The notes under the pieces are model-generated. The model did no database searches. It was given only the letters and a program-made list of their open reading frames with translations, and was not told where the DNA came from. From a virus (Duplodnaviria > Heunggongvirae > Uroviricota > Caudoviricetes), in IMG/VR virus record IMGVR_UViG_3300005758_000043: a stretch of DNA of 64,000 nucleotides, one strand, 5' to 3'. The first letter of the stretch is position 1. The number at the start of each line of letters is the position of its first letter. This document shows, piece by piece, positions 19,336 to 28,561 of this stretch. Position numbers and translations under genes: made by a program.

Positions 19336-20322
19336 TTATAGAATAACTACATAACCTTCATCACTTTCTTCCCAGCAATATCCCAAATCAGAGAGCGCGG
19401 AAAGAACACGGACACGCGATGGATATTCTGGCGAGAACGAATTCTGAATAGAGCGCACAGAAACAGCACCAAGTCCTTGATTGGCCTTATTTGTGAGGTA
19501 AGCGTCAATACGATCAAGGAACTTGGAATTTTCCTTGCGATCTTCAGATTCAATTTCAACTGCATTTTCATCAGTTACTGATGCAACAATTTCCTTTTCG
19601 AAATCATCCACGACCTTGTAAGCAGACACTCGGCACTTTTGGCAAGAGTAGTCAGTAGGAACACTAACGACATCTTTCGGATTTACCTTGACAACAACCA
19701 ATCGTCCCTGAGCAAAGTCCTTCGCGTAATCAAGTGAACCGACATGAAGACCGAATGAGCAGTGAACATTGCGATTGTCGTCAACATCAAAACGACGAAC
19801 TTCAATTTCCTCACCAATACCGTTAAAGATGCGCCCAGAGGCATCTACAGTGCCTTTAGTAACTTTGGTCTTGGTGTTGCCAGAGATAGACCAATAATCG
19901 CTTGAGAGTCCCTTGTAGGCGAGGAAACAGCCATCTTCAGTGATTGGCAGTTCCTTGTAAGCGAGGAATTCATAAAGTTCGCGAACAGACGAAGCAGAAG
20001 GATTCTTTTGAAGATTTTCCCAAAATTTTCCGAATAGAGAGATTGGAAGACCTTCATTGACAATAGCGCGAATCTTAGCCGCAAGAACACTTGGGAGAGT
20101 TTCGCCTTGATAAGAAACTTCTTCTTCAGTTACGACGAAACCATCACGCTCGAAAACTCCAACCTTCTCATTCAAAATATCATGAATTGCAGACTCTTGT
20201 TCATCTGGATCAAGGTCGAATGCACGAATAATACGAATGTATTGAGGAGAAGACTTTTCCACCTTGATAGGCTTGCGCCCGTGAAAAAATACGATACTGT
20301 TGTTGTTGATAATGTATTTCAT
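19336..20322 (-). CDS. hypothetical protein (rIIB-like by position and size)
   Basis: 328 aa, directly downstream of the GHKL-ATPase ORF. A leaderless promoter lies at 20330-20357 and a terminator at 19280-19318. Confidence 0.3.
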   Translation of the reverse strand: MKYIINNNSIVFFHGRKPIKVEKSSPQYIRIIRAFDLDPDEQESAIHDILNEKVGVFERDGFVVTEEEVSYQGETLPSVLAAKIRAIVNEGLPISLFGKFWENLQKNPSASSVRELYEFLAYKELPITEDGCFLAYKGLSSDYWSISGNTKTKVTKGTVDASGRIFNGIGEEIEVRRFDVDDNRNVHCSFGLHVGSLDYAKDFAQGRLVVVKVNPKDVVSVPTDYSCQKCRVSAYKVVDDFEKEIVASVTDENAVEIESEDRKENSKFLDRIDAYLTNKANQGLGAVSVRSIQNSFSPEYPSRVRVLSALSDLGYCWEESDEGYVVIL

Positions 20323-20329
20323 TGTTTAT

Positions 20330-20357
20330 ATTTTACAGTTATTGTTGTTTTTGTCAA
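20330..20357 (-). promoter_or_regulatory. promoter TTGACA-N16-TAAAAT (leaderless)
   Basis: The -10 ends 7 nt before the ATG at 20322. Confidence 0.5.
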
Positions 20358-20360
20358 TCA

Positions 20361-22292
20361 TTATTTCATCTTCAAGATCCTGCGAAATTCTGATCGCGTA
20401 TATACAGGACATACATAACCAGCATGCTCAAGAGTTTTGATAATTTTTGCTCTGAATGAAGATTCTTGGCGAACATTCTGCCAAAACTTAACGATGCGCA
20501 AAGCATTTTTAGGATTTTTTTCAATCAAACGACGAGTGCGGCTATTCATATCCAACCATCGGCGGCGGGAATTAGCAATCGCATTGTTAATTTCTTCCTT
20601 TTCTTTGTCTTTTTTGATCAAGCTATCGCGCAAAGTTCTATATTCATCGCTTCCATATTCCAGCCAACCAAGCTCTTTGCACATTTCCTGCAAGAATTTT
20701 TCAGAAGATGTATAAAAAGTAATTGTCGAGGTGTTTTTAGACGTATTATTACGATTAGCGATTACATAACGCTGCAAATCGCGAGCGCTAGAAGCGTTAT
20801 CAAGATAATCTTTGATTTGCTTGCTTGCTTCTTTTGTAGTTGACGCTTCTGGCATATTTGTTGCCTTGCGCCAATAATTATGCAATTCCAACGGCGAGAA
20901 AGTTCCGCAATTACCATGATTAGAATAAATTGCATATCTCTTGCTATCTTTCGCGACTTTTGGGAAAGGGAGTTTTTTGACAGCGACGAATTCAAAATGA
21001 TCGGACAAATCAGTATTAGGATAAATCCTGACAAATGCGGCACTAATATAATAATAATTATGATTAACGCTTTTGCTAAAATCAAGCATCTTTCGTTGCC
21101 AATATTTTTCCGCATAATTGTCGGGGATGACCACTACGACAGTTTTATTTTTCTTATTTTGCAAAGTGCCATTAATATTCGATTGGCGAATATTGCTCAA
21201 AAATGGCCAATAATCCTTATGAATGCGAGCTTTTGGAGCAGAGAATACTTCTCCAATATAATTCAATTTCGAAAATGGATCAGCAAGATACTCTATTACT
21301 GCCTGAGATACATCTTTGGCTTTAAATTGAGCCAAATCTTCTTCTATCAAATCGGTAAGAATCTTGCGAATTTGATCGTGAATTCTCTTATTGCTTGGAG
21401 TATCTTCAAAAGATTCTCGGCTGATAGGAATAGACATCATTCCAACAGGAATATCAACAACAAGAATATGATTTGGTTTGACGCGAATAGATGCGTCGAG
21501 ATCAATAGATCCATAACAAACGCCACCCATCTGCAAAATCGCGTGATCATGCATGGTATAGCGATCAATATGAGACGACGAAGGAAGTTGACCAATCCAT
21601 TCAATCAATCGGACGCCAAATCCATCAATGCTTTTAGAAAAAGCAGGATCTTTCTTTTTAAAAATAGTTTTATCTAATTTGTAAAACTCAATTTCTGCTG
21701 GCGAAAAAGCAACAAAAAATTCAATCTCTTTTTCAAACTCAGCAGCATCAGCACGATTGATTGGCATGGAGATTTCCAATCCTTGTTCTGTTGTATCGCA
21801 CTGACCAATTTCGTAAATATGACCCACTGGAACACCAGAATCGCCCCCCAGCATACAAGTGTAAGTGGTTTTTTGATTTTCAAAGAACGAAGTAACAAAA
21901 AAAGTATCAGTGTAACAATGACCCGCTTTCGAGCCAATACCGAATCCACCGATTAGCTCATTACTCTTTGATTTGGTGCTTCGGAAATACATTCCAAAAA
22001 CATTACGAACATCATGTCCACTGAGTCCATGAGCAAAATCTCGCACAAAAAATACAAGATCATTTCCTTCTGAACGAAAACCAACTTCAACAGGTTTTAC
22101 GATTCCATGCTTTTTATGCTCATCAATAGCATTGCACAGATATTCGCGCACTACTGCAAGAATTTTATTGGAGTAAATTTTATCTCGCAGGAAATAAGTC
22201 GCCTGACTGATTCCAGCGGAATCCATTCCCATGATCGAGCTTTCGAGATTTTCAGAAGCAATGAGAGGAGAAGCAATAGCTGCGGTTTTCAT
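20361..22292 (-). CDS. GHKL-type ATPase domain protein, rIIA-like
   Basis: N-box EYLCNAIDE, G1 RDFAHGLSG and G2 GGFGIGSKAG. Size 643 aa; arrangement with a ~320-aa partner as for T4 rIIA/rIIB. Confidence 0.5.
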   Translation of the reverse strand: MKTAAIASPLIASENLESSIMGMDSAGISQATYFLRDKIYSNKILAVVREYLCNAIDEHKKHGIVKPVEVGFRSEGNDLVFFVRDFAHGLSGHDVRNVFGMYFRSTKSKSNELIGGFGIGSKAGHCYTDTFFVTSFFENQKTTYTCMLGGDSGVPVGHIYEIGQCDTTEQGLEISMPINRADAAEFEKEIEFFVAFSPAEIEFYKLDKTIFKKKDPAFSKSIDGFGVRLIEWIGQLPSSSHIDRYTMHDHAILQMGGVCYGSIDLDASIRVKPNHILVVDIPVGMMSIPISRESFEDTPSNKRIHDQIRKILTDLIEEDLAQFKAKDVSQAVIEYLADPFSKLNYIGEVFSAPKARIHKDYWPFLSNIRQSNINGTLQNKKNKTVVVVIPDNYAEKYWQRKMLDFSKSVNHNYYYISAAFVRIYPNTDLSDHFEFVAVKKLPFPKVAKDSKRYAIYSNHGNCGTFSPLELHNYWRKATNMPEASTTKEASKQIKDYLDNASSARDLQRYVIANRNNTSKNTSTITFYTSSEKFLQEMCKELGWLEYGSDEYRTLRDSLIKKDKEKEEINNAIANSRRRWLDMNSRTRRLIEKNPKNALRIVKFWQNVRQESSFRAKIIKTLEHAGYVCPVYTRSEFRRILKMK

Positions 22293-22344
22293 ATGCGCTC
22301 ACTGTAGCGTATTTTGAAGAAAAGTCAACGTTTTTTTGAAAAAT

Positions 22345-22569
22345 TCACCCAAGCGGAAGAAGAGATTGACGAAGATCTTCAGATTCAGCGATTACCTCGG
22401 TGAGCGTTTCTTCACGCACGACCAAAAATTTAGAATTAGGCTTGCTTTCGCACATTACTTGATAAAGGTCCAAAACACTTTTCTTCGATTTGCTTTCGAG
22501 CAAAACGATTTTTTCTTTATCGCTTGATTCTTGGACCAAAAAAAACTGGGTCGAAATGGTTTTATTCAT
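22345..22569 (-). CDS. hypothetical protein
   Basis: 74-aa ORF with a TTGACA-N16-TATACT promoter and the ATG 8 nt downstream. Confidence 0.4.
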   Translation of the reverse strand: MNKTISTQFFLVQESSDKEKIVLLESKSKKSVLDLYQVMCESKPNSKFLVVREETLTEVIAESEDLRQSLLPLG

Positions 22570-22577
22570 TGCGACCC

Positions 22578-22605
22578 AGTATAGTTAGTTTCGTTTATTT
22601 GTCAA
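22578..22605 (-). promoter_or_regulatory. promoter TTGACA-N16-TATACT (leaderless)
   Basis: The -10 ends 8 nt before the ATG at 22569. Confidence 0.5.
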
Positions 22606-22808
22606 GATTATTTCTGCTTGGCGTTGCCAATATTAATTGCGAGAAAATCGACAACCTTATATACTTTTGATAATGTGCTGCCTGCTTTTGGGGTAGGAGT
22701 AACAGCAGCAATAGCAGAAGCTAAAGTAACGGTTGCGGTTACAACCGAAAACCAAGGAGTTGCTTGTAGAAGTTGAACAATTGTATTCATATTATATTTT
22801 ACACTTAA

Positions 22809-23069
22809 TTAAGCGCTCTTGATTCTTTTATTTTTTTTAAAAGGTCTGAATTGGCTAACTATAGATACAATTAAACCAGCAAACAAATACAAAAAATACT
22901 CAAAATGCTCTATTTGCTTACAAAATAAATCCAAATTTTCTTGAGAAAAATTACGATGCAAATGAATAGTTTCATCAATTGATTCAATTTGATAAATTAA
23001 AAAAGATCCTCTTAATAAAAAGGCTAATATAATTATCATTAGAAAAAAAATTGACATTTCTCGTTTCAT
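22809..23069 (-). CDS. small membrane protein
   Basis: Two hydrophobic segments. Confidence 0.3.
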   Translation of the reverse strand: MKREMSIFFLMIIILAFLLRGSFLIYQIESIDETIHLHRNFSQENLDLFCKQIEHFEYFLYLFAGLIVSIVSQFRPFKKNKRIKSA

Positions 23070-23383
23070 TTTTTTAAAAATTTTTCAGGAGAGGATTGAA
23101 ATTTTTTACCAAGTTTAACGATGCCGTTAATAATTTCTGGACTAATTACACCAATTACGCCATATGTAATTGCTTTATACAAACTAGGAACATCTATCTG
23201 TTCTAATACAAACCATGAAATTCCAGCTAAAATAGCTGCGCTCAATATTTTTTTAAGCTGTTCTTTAATCGTCATGTTTTGCTCCGACGATAGCAATCGC
23301 GCCGACATAGCGACTGCTCCAATCAAAGGAATTACCCATCCGCCCTCAATAAATTCTTTGAAAAGAGACTTTTCTGTTTCCAT
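23066..23383 (-). CDS. holin-like membrane protein
   Basis: Two to three transmembrane segments and a charged C-terminus; adjacent to the endolysin. Confidence 0.35.
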   Translation of the reverse strand: METEKSLFKEFIEGGWVIPLIGAVAMSARLLSSEQNMTIKEQLKKILSAAILAGISWFVLEQIDVPSLYKAITYGVIGVISPEIINGIVKLGKKFQSSPEKFLKK

Positions 23384-23400
23384 GTTTTTGTTTACACTTT

Positions 23401-24186
23401 TTAGGCGCAGGATTCAATAATTTTCGCTTCTTCTTCTCTTCTTTTTAAAAGTCCATCTAACCCTTTGCCAACCCAAAGTCTTTTCATTGATCTTACTTCA
23501 TTGGCAATTGCTTTATAATTTTTAGAAGGAACAAGTGTTCTAATATTCCACATCTCTCTACGGCTTTCTCCAGTAACAGAAGAGCCTCTATTGAAGACAA
23601 TGCTGACAAGTGCGCCAAAAGCATCTGGATGCAATTGATCAGCTTGTGGGAAAGCTTTTAGAGTTTGATCTATAAAGCGCGGAATAGTAGATTGTTGAAA
23701 TACTTCAAATGCAGCTTCCCAAGGAATAAAAATATCTTTGACATCATTAACTGCATTTGCCGCTGTAGAACTTTTTTTGCCAAGCATTTGAGATAAACGA
23801 GCAAAATCTACAGGGCTGATTTTATCTTTCCAGTCTTTAGAAAATTGAATCAAATCATTGTATCCCAGATCATAACCAATACCAATTGTTACTCCGCTTG
23901 CGCCTTTTGGCCAAGTTGGATTTTTAAGATATTTAGAATAATAAGATTTGCCGCCACCGACTTCATATTCCAGAATTAAATCAATAGATTTTGGAGAAAG
24001 TTGAGTGACAGCATCGGTAATTTGAGGATTGACTGGGGACTCAGATACTTTTAATCCTTTTAAAATAGCATTCCATGTATTAGGTCCGTCAATTCCATCT
24101 GCACTTAATCCATAAAAGTTTTGAACTTTTTTTATCAATTCTTTTTTACCTGTAAATTCCATGAGGATATTTACACTCAAAATCAA
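23401..24186 (-). CDS. Endolysin: peptidoglycan-binding domain plus lysozyme-like catalytic domain
   Basis: YGLSADGIDGPNTWNAI is a PG_binding_1-like repeat. EYEVGGG...GVTIGIGYDL resembles the lysozyme E...D...T motif. Confidence 0.5.
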   Translation of the reverse strand: MILSVNILMEFTGKKELIKKVQNFYGLSADGIDGPNTWNAILKGLKVSESPVNPQITDAVTQLSPKSIDLILEYEVGGGKSYYSKYLKNPTWPKGASGVTIGIGYDLGYNDLIQFSKDWKDKISPVDFARLSQMLGKKSSTAANAVNDVKDIFIPWEAAFEVFQQSTIPRFIDQTLKAFPQADQLHPDAFGALVSIVFNRGSSVTGESRREMWNIRTLVPSKNYKAIANEVRSMKRLWVGKGLDGLLKRREEEAKIIESCA

Positions 24187-25373
24187 ACAAGAGGAATATT
24201 AACATTTCCCAATAAACCAATAAATCTTTCGAGTCTATTAGTATCTTGCGCGGAAACTGGAGTATCTCCTGCCGTCAAAATAACAGCGGTTAAATCGCTA
24301 GGATTAGAAGTGTTCGCTAATGCTCCGACGCTTCTGTTTAGATACATGATATTGTTTTGATTAGCAGCCAATCCAGTGCCGCCCAAAGTGCCTGATACGT
24401 TGCTAGAGCCATTAATTCGCAAATCAATAGTTCCATCATTATAAGCTGCAACAGCATTATATACAACATATCCTGTTGAGGCGGCAGATCCTGTATAAGT
24501 ATAATTATCGCCTGTAGCAGTAGATGCTGTCACAAAATAATTTCGGCTACTATTGTATAAGGGTCCGAAAGATAGAATATTTTCTTGCGCAGTGCTGCCG
24601 CTGCTAGTAGAGAATAAATAATGGTTATTGCTTGCTGCCCCAGTCGATCTTGCTCCCATAAATACATTAAAGTATTTTTGATTCAAAGGAATATCTTCTG
24701 GAGGAGGATCAATGTTAAAATAAGCTGAATCTGGCATTTGAATACATGCTGTATCCAATAATCCTGTTTTATAATAAGCTGGTGATCCTGCGGCAATACC
24801 TGATTCCAAATTAATCAAGCCAACAAAATTTCCAACTACGTCTCCATCTACAGCTACATTGGAAGTTCCTGATTTATAAACACTATTATTAGCAGCAGCC
24901 CACCAAAATGCTTTTACCGCAGAAATTTGATTTGGGTGCCATACAGTAGTGAAATAAGCAGTATTGTCAACTATACAAGATATAGTTTTACCAATATCAT
25001 AAACCGTAGGAGTGAATGTAGATCCCGTTCCTCTAAGAGTTCCATCAATACTCCAAGCATAAGAAGCTCCTGTAGGAGAAGAAAGCGTTTCATTTGGAAA
25101 CGCAAAACCGCTGATGGTATCAATACCAACAGGCGGTAAAATCTGAGTGCCAATAAATCTATATCCGCCATCAAACGGATAAATAAACAAGCCCGTAGCT
25201 TGATTTAGATTTTTGATTTTTTTATTATACTCCCTAATTAAGTGATCAGGATAATCATCTTTTCTTGAAGAACTCGCATATAAACCTGTAATGCCAGTTC
25301 TATACGCCACCCATGTATCTGATACGTTAGAATAATCAGAATGGATTTGTGATTGAAGCTGTCTTGGACCCAT
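24183..25373 (-). CDS. Ser/Thr/Gly/Asn-rich structural (fibre-like) protein
   Basis: Low-complexity beta-rich composition typical of fibres. Confidence 0.3.
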   Translation of the reverse strand: MGPRQLQSQIHSDYSNVSDTWVAYRTGITGLYASSSRKDDYPDHLIREYNKKIKNLNQATGLFIYPFDGGYRFIGTQILPPVGIDTISGFAFPNETLSSPTGASYAWSIDGTLRGTGSTFTPTVYDIGKTISCIVDNTAYFTTVWHPNQISAVKAFWWAAANNSVYKSGTSNVAVDGDVVGNFVGLINLESGIAAGSPAYYKTGLLDTACIQMPDSAYFNIDPPPEDIPLNQKYFNVFMGARSTGAASNNHYLFSTSSGSTAQENILSFGPLYNSSRNYFVTASTATGDNYTYTGSAASTGYVVYNAVAAYNDGTIDLRINGSSNVSGTLGGTGLAANQNNIMYLNRSVGALANTSNPSDLTAVILTAGDTPVSAQDTNRLERFIGLLGNVNIPLV

Positions 25374-25414
25374 ACTTCATATTACACAAAAATGGATTTT
25401 AAATACAAAAAATT

Positions 25415-25509
25415 TGGAGGAAGGTAAGGGATTCGAACCCTTGGACCCCGTTATTCACGACATCTTCTCTTTAGCAAAGAGATACGTTAGACCGCTCTGA
25501 CAACCTTCC
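25415..25509 (-). tRNA. tRNA-Ser (anticodon GCU), class II
   Basis: Manual fold: acceptor GGAAGGT/ACCTTCC, anticodon loop UUGCUAA, long variable arm, T-loop TTCGAAT, CCA encoded. Confidence 0.7.
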
Positions 25510-25515
25510 ATAAAA

Positions 25516-25590
25516 TGGTCCGCGAGTCAGGGATCGAACCTGATTAGCTAGATTCACAGTCTAGGACATTACCAAATATGTTACTCTCGG
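25516..25590 (-). tRNA. tRNA-His-like (anticodon GUG)
   Basis: Anticodon stem CTAGA/TCTAG with loop CUGUGAA and a good T-arm; one A.G mismatch in the acceptor. Confidence 0.5.
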
Positions 25591-25598
25591 ATGAAAAT

Positions 25599-25672
25599 TG
25601 GCAGGTCCAGAGGGAATCGAACCCCCACTCGCTGATTCAAAGTCAGTTTTGCTACCATTACAACATGGACCA
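25599..25672 (-). tRNA. tRNA-Gln (UUG)
   Basis: Anticodon loop CUUUGAA, T-loop TTCGATT, weak pair at positions 1:72 as in bacterial tRNA-Gln. Confidence 0.65.
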
Positions 25673-25675
25673 ATT

Positions 25676-25750
25676 TGGTGCGGGATGAGAGAATCGAACT
25701 CTCAGCCTCTACTTGGAAGGAAGATATGTTAGCCATTACACCAATCCCGC
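25676..25750 (-). tRNA. tRNA-Gly (UCC)
   Basis: Acceptor GCGGGAT/ATCCCGC, anticodon loop CUUCCAA. Confidence 0.7.
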
Positions 25751-25793
25751 AATTTGAGGGGGCTTTCACCCCTCTGCTTTTATTATACACTTT

Positions 25794-27290
25794 TTATTGA
25801 CCTTTTTCAAGAGCAATAATGTAATCAACCACAGATTCGCTCCAGCCATCCACATGTGTCCACTTTCCATAGCCTACACCATTTCTGTAAGAGGCCACAT
25901 TGATCATGTAAGCCTTATCAAAAACGGGATCAGGAACTCGGTCAGCAGATTGTTCATCTGTGATGACAATGAGGCGATCACCAGATCGAAGATTCATCTT
26001 CTTAACTGATTCACCAAGATAGGTGCCTTGGTGCTTCTGAGACTTGCTGATTGCTTCGGCAAGGGCGAAGCCCCTACGAGAAGGAACAAGCTTTGTTTCA
26101 TAAGAGAAGCTGTGGACTTCGACAGTGCTGCAAATTTCACGAAGAAGCATTGCAACACCACATGCAGCATCGAGACGAGAAATGTCGCTCTTGCCAGAAA
26201 CCTTGCTATGCATCGAAACCGAAATATCAACAAGGATAATAGTCTTGCCAGAAAGCTTTTCGTGCTTATCCAAGCTCTTCAGCATGGACTCTTCAAGTTC
26301 AGCTTCATACTTAGGCGCATTACGCGCAGCAGAAATAAAACGGAAAGGAAGAACACGATCAGTCTTCATGTTTACCAAACTTTCGCGGATCAACTTTTCA
26401 TTGACGCCAGCTTGTTCCATGTTGCGCAGATTTCGAAGAAGAGCCAAAGCTCCAAGCTTCTTCTCATTGAGAAGGCGAGTCCAAGAAGCCTTTTTATCCT
26501 TAGAAGCTGAGAGTTCAACTTCCCAAGTATCAGGAGTCTTGAGTTCATCGTTAACCAGACGCTTCCAAAGATCTTCCTGCGCCTTAGAATTTGGGCGAGC
26601 ATGAACCATGAAAAGAACATCCTTCAACTTAACGGCACCATCTCGATTGTATTTTGCCAAGGCATATTCATCGAACTTAGTGAAAGCAGTCGCAAGACCC
26701 TTCTTGACTTGATTAGCAATTGGACACTTTCCTTCCTTCCAATAAATAGAAAGAAATTCAGAAAGCTCATCTGCACGCTGGATGATGCGAGACAGAGTAT
26801 CAGCAACATATTCACGCTGCTTTGGATTTTGAGCCATGAGTCGCGCAATATACAAAGGAGTATGACGGAGCTTCATGTTTTCGCGAGCTTCAATAGCAAT
26901 TTCCATTGCTTCTTTGCCACTAACTTTTGCTACGAGATCCTTGATACGATCTGCGATAGTCACGCCAGATTCATAAAAAGAATTTTCCCACAACATACAA
27001 GCCATAACAGAACGTCGAAGTTCTTCAAGAGGCTTGATTCTTTTCGCTACCGCGCCTTCGTGAGTGCGAATTGGCTTCGGAGTATTTTTTACGTTGGTCT
27101 TCATGTCGTTAATTGTATCTATATTTTCCTCGTAGTCAAGGATTTCTTCGGAGATTTTTTGTTTAGCGGTTTTTCGCGCTGTTGTTTTTGATTTTTTCCA
27201 ATTATAAGTATTGCAAGTTTCACAACCGCAATGGTCGCTGGCATGAATGCCCAAGCGAGATTTTGAAAGTTTTTGTCCGTAAGGTTTCAT
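25794..27290 (-). CDS. rsr: Ro60 / TROVE-domain ribonucleoprotein with C-terminal vWA domain (Rsr orthologue)
   Basis: AKYNRDGAVKLKDVLFMVHARP aligns with the Ro60 TKYKQRNGWSHKDLLRLSH region. C-terminal vWA MIDAS motif ILVDISVSM. The ORF-track start (27344) overlaps tRNA-mimic element Y1, so the likely start is MKPYGQ at ~27290. Confidence 0.75.
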   Translation of the reverse strand: MKPYGQKLSKSRLGIHASDHCGCETCNTYNWKKSKTTARKTAKQKISEEILDYEENIDTINDMKTNVKNTPKPIRTHEGAVAKRIKPLEELRRSVMACMLWENSFYESGVTIADRIKDLVAKVSGKEAMEIAIEARENMKLRHTPLYIARLMAQNPKQREYVADTLSRIIQRADELSEFLSIYWKEGKCPIANQVKKGLATAFTKFDEYALAKYNRDGAVKLKDVLFMVHARPNSKAQEDLWKRLVNDELKTPDTWEVELSASKDKKASWTRLLNEKKLGALALLRNLRNMEQAGVNEKLIRESLVNMKTDRVLPFRFISAARNAPKYEAELEESMLKSLDKHEKLSGKTIILVDISVSMHSKVSGKSDISRLDAACGVAMLLREICSTVEVHSFSYETKLVPSRRGFALAEAISKSQKHQGTYLGESVKKMNLRSGDRLIVITDEQSADRVPDPVFDKAYMINVASYRNGVGYGKWTHVDGWSESVVDYIIALEKGQ

Positions 27291-27337
27291 AGAAAAAATA
27301 GGGAAATAATTAATTACAGGCTTTTTGAACAGGAGTG

Positions 27338-27420
27338 CTACCATTACACCATACTCGGAATCGAACCGAACCGCCCGTGGGATTATGAAGTAACTGCAAT
27401 TTGCGCCACCTAAAGAGAAG
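27338..27420 (-). ncRNA. tRNA-mimic module Y1 (candidate Y-RNA-like ncRNA) immediately upstream of the Ro60 start
   Basis: Read on the minus strand: conserved leader GTGGCGCAAATTGCAGTTACTTCATAATCC. Then a T-arm (TTCGG TTCGATT CCGAG). Then directly a tRNA 5'-half-like D-arm (TG GTGT AATGGTAG CAC). There is no anticodon arm, and T and D are permuted relative to a tRNA. Confidence 0.35.
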
Positions 27421-27439
27421 AATTTCAGGGAATAGGTAA

Positions 27440-27560
27440 AAACGGATAGTTTTTGATGCTACCATTACACCACAAGGCATCTACGCCCAGCTTGGATTCG
27501 AACCAAGACCTTTTATTTACCATAATAAAGAAGTAGCCGTTTAAAATCGCCACTGAAAAA
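27440..27560 (-). ncRNA. tRNA-mimic module Y2, paralogue of Y1
   Basis: Leader CAGTGGCGATTTTAAACGGCTACTTCTTTATTATGG. Then T-arm CTTGG TTCGAAT CCAAG, a small hairpin GGGCGTAGATGCC, and a D-arm-like TG GTGT AATGGTAG CA. Confidence 0.35.
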
Positions 27561-27689
27561 GTTTTTTATATCATTCCAACCTTCGATCAGGTCGCTTGCA
27601 TACTTCCAACACCTTCAACAAGGTCATAGGCCGAAGCCTCTCAAGCATACTACGAGTCTTTTCTGCACCCTCATTGCGAAAGCTGGAAT

Positions 27690-27800
27690 GATACAAAAAG
27701 TTTGAGGCAACACAGTTGAAACGGTGGTTTTTCCGAGTAATGAAGTAACCGTTTCATTCAGCACTCAAATCTGTATCTATTATGCCGATATTCTGGCGAA
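27690..27800 (-). ncRNA. third paralogous unit, Y3 (shares the leader motif)
   Basis: Minus-strand GAGTGCTGAATGAAACGGTTACTTCATTACTCGG aligns with the Y1/Y2 leaders. A C(UUCG)G tetraloop hairpin (GGCTTCGGCC) and an ATCGAAGG motif lie downstream. Confidence 0.25.
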
Positions 27801-27894
27801 AGTCAATCGGTTTTTGAGAAAATTTGGTGGGTTCCAGACTCGCAGCGACCGTTTCAGGCTACGATCCTGAATGCATGTCGATCTTTCCCCCATT

Positions 27895-28045
27895 AATTGG
27901 TGGACATGTTGGGAATCGAACCCAAAGAGTGCCGCCGCACTACTACCATTCAGCCCGTCGAGTGGACCGAGAGGGAATCGAACCCTCACCTACACCATGT
28001 CATGCCCAAAATTGGTGGACCGCAGGAGAGTCGAACTCCTGTCCT
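27895..28045 (-). pseudogene. Three tandem pseudo-tRNA 3'-end units (T-arm + acceptor 3' strand + A-CCA) lacking 5' halves
   Basis: Minus strand: TTGGG TTCGATT CCCAA CATGTCC A CCA; GAGGG TTCGATT CCCTC TCGGTCC A; AGGAG TTCGACT CTCCT GCGGTCC A CCA. No complementary 5' acceptor strands within 120 nt, even allowing G.U pairs. Confidence 0.4.
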
Positions 28046-28561
28046 CAACAAATTTGTATTAACCTTCAAACATGCTTATATTTGATTCGTCAAAGTGAAT
28101 CACTCTCAGGGACATTCGGTTCTTGGTAGTTCCTACTTTGTCCTCCACCAGTTAATTTTTAAACTGAAAAAATTAACAAACCCAGTTTTTGCTCGATTTG
28201 ATACTCAGAAAAGAGCGAGCGTTCTTCTGAGCGTGATACTTACGCAGCAGCGAGAGAAGCCTTGCGGGCAACTTTTGCAGACTTACGGAAGGTGACAACT
28301 TTGTTTTTGCCGTTTGTTTTTTTGAGCGGATTTTTAAGGAGCCATCCGATCAACTCCTACATGCTAGTTAATATTTCACTTATCAAGTCGAAACCAGAAG
28401 CGGCCCATTAATCTTTTAAAATAAGCATTTCATCATTACCGAGATCTACGACACCATCTGCTGATGCTTTTGCTTCTTTGAATTGATTGTAGCAAATTGC
28501 TACTGCTTGCTTATTATCTTTGTATTCTGAAGAAATCTGCGATACGCAGCGACTTACAAAT

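Noticed and set aside
20880-21677. Plus-strand 265-aa ORF inside the rIIA-like gene, and plus-strand ORFs 26028..26604 and 26601..27191 inside the Ro60 gene
   Set aside because: They are antisense to genes with clear domain signatures; low-complexity translations.
25757-25790. Hairpin GAGGGG-GCUUUCA-CCCCUC downstream of rsr as a terminator
   Set aside because: The U-tract follows the hairpin only on the plus strand, where nothing is transcribed. On the minus strand it is followed by AAAUU, so it is more likely a processing or stability hairpin.
27825-27892. tRNA starting at TGGTGGGTTCC
   Set aside because: No T-arm or cloverleaf could be drawn on either strand.
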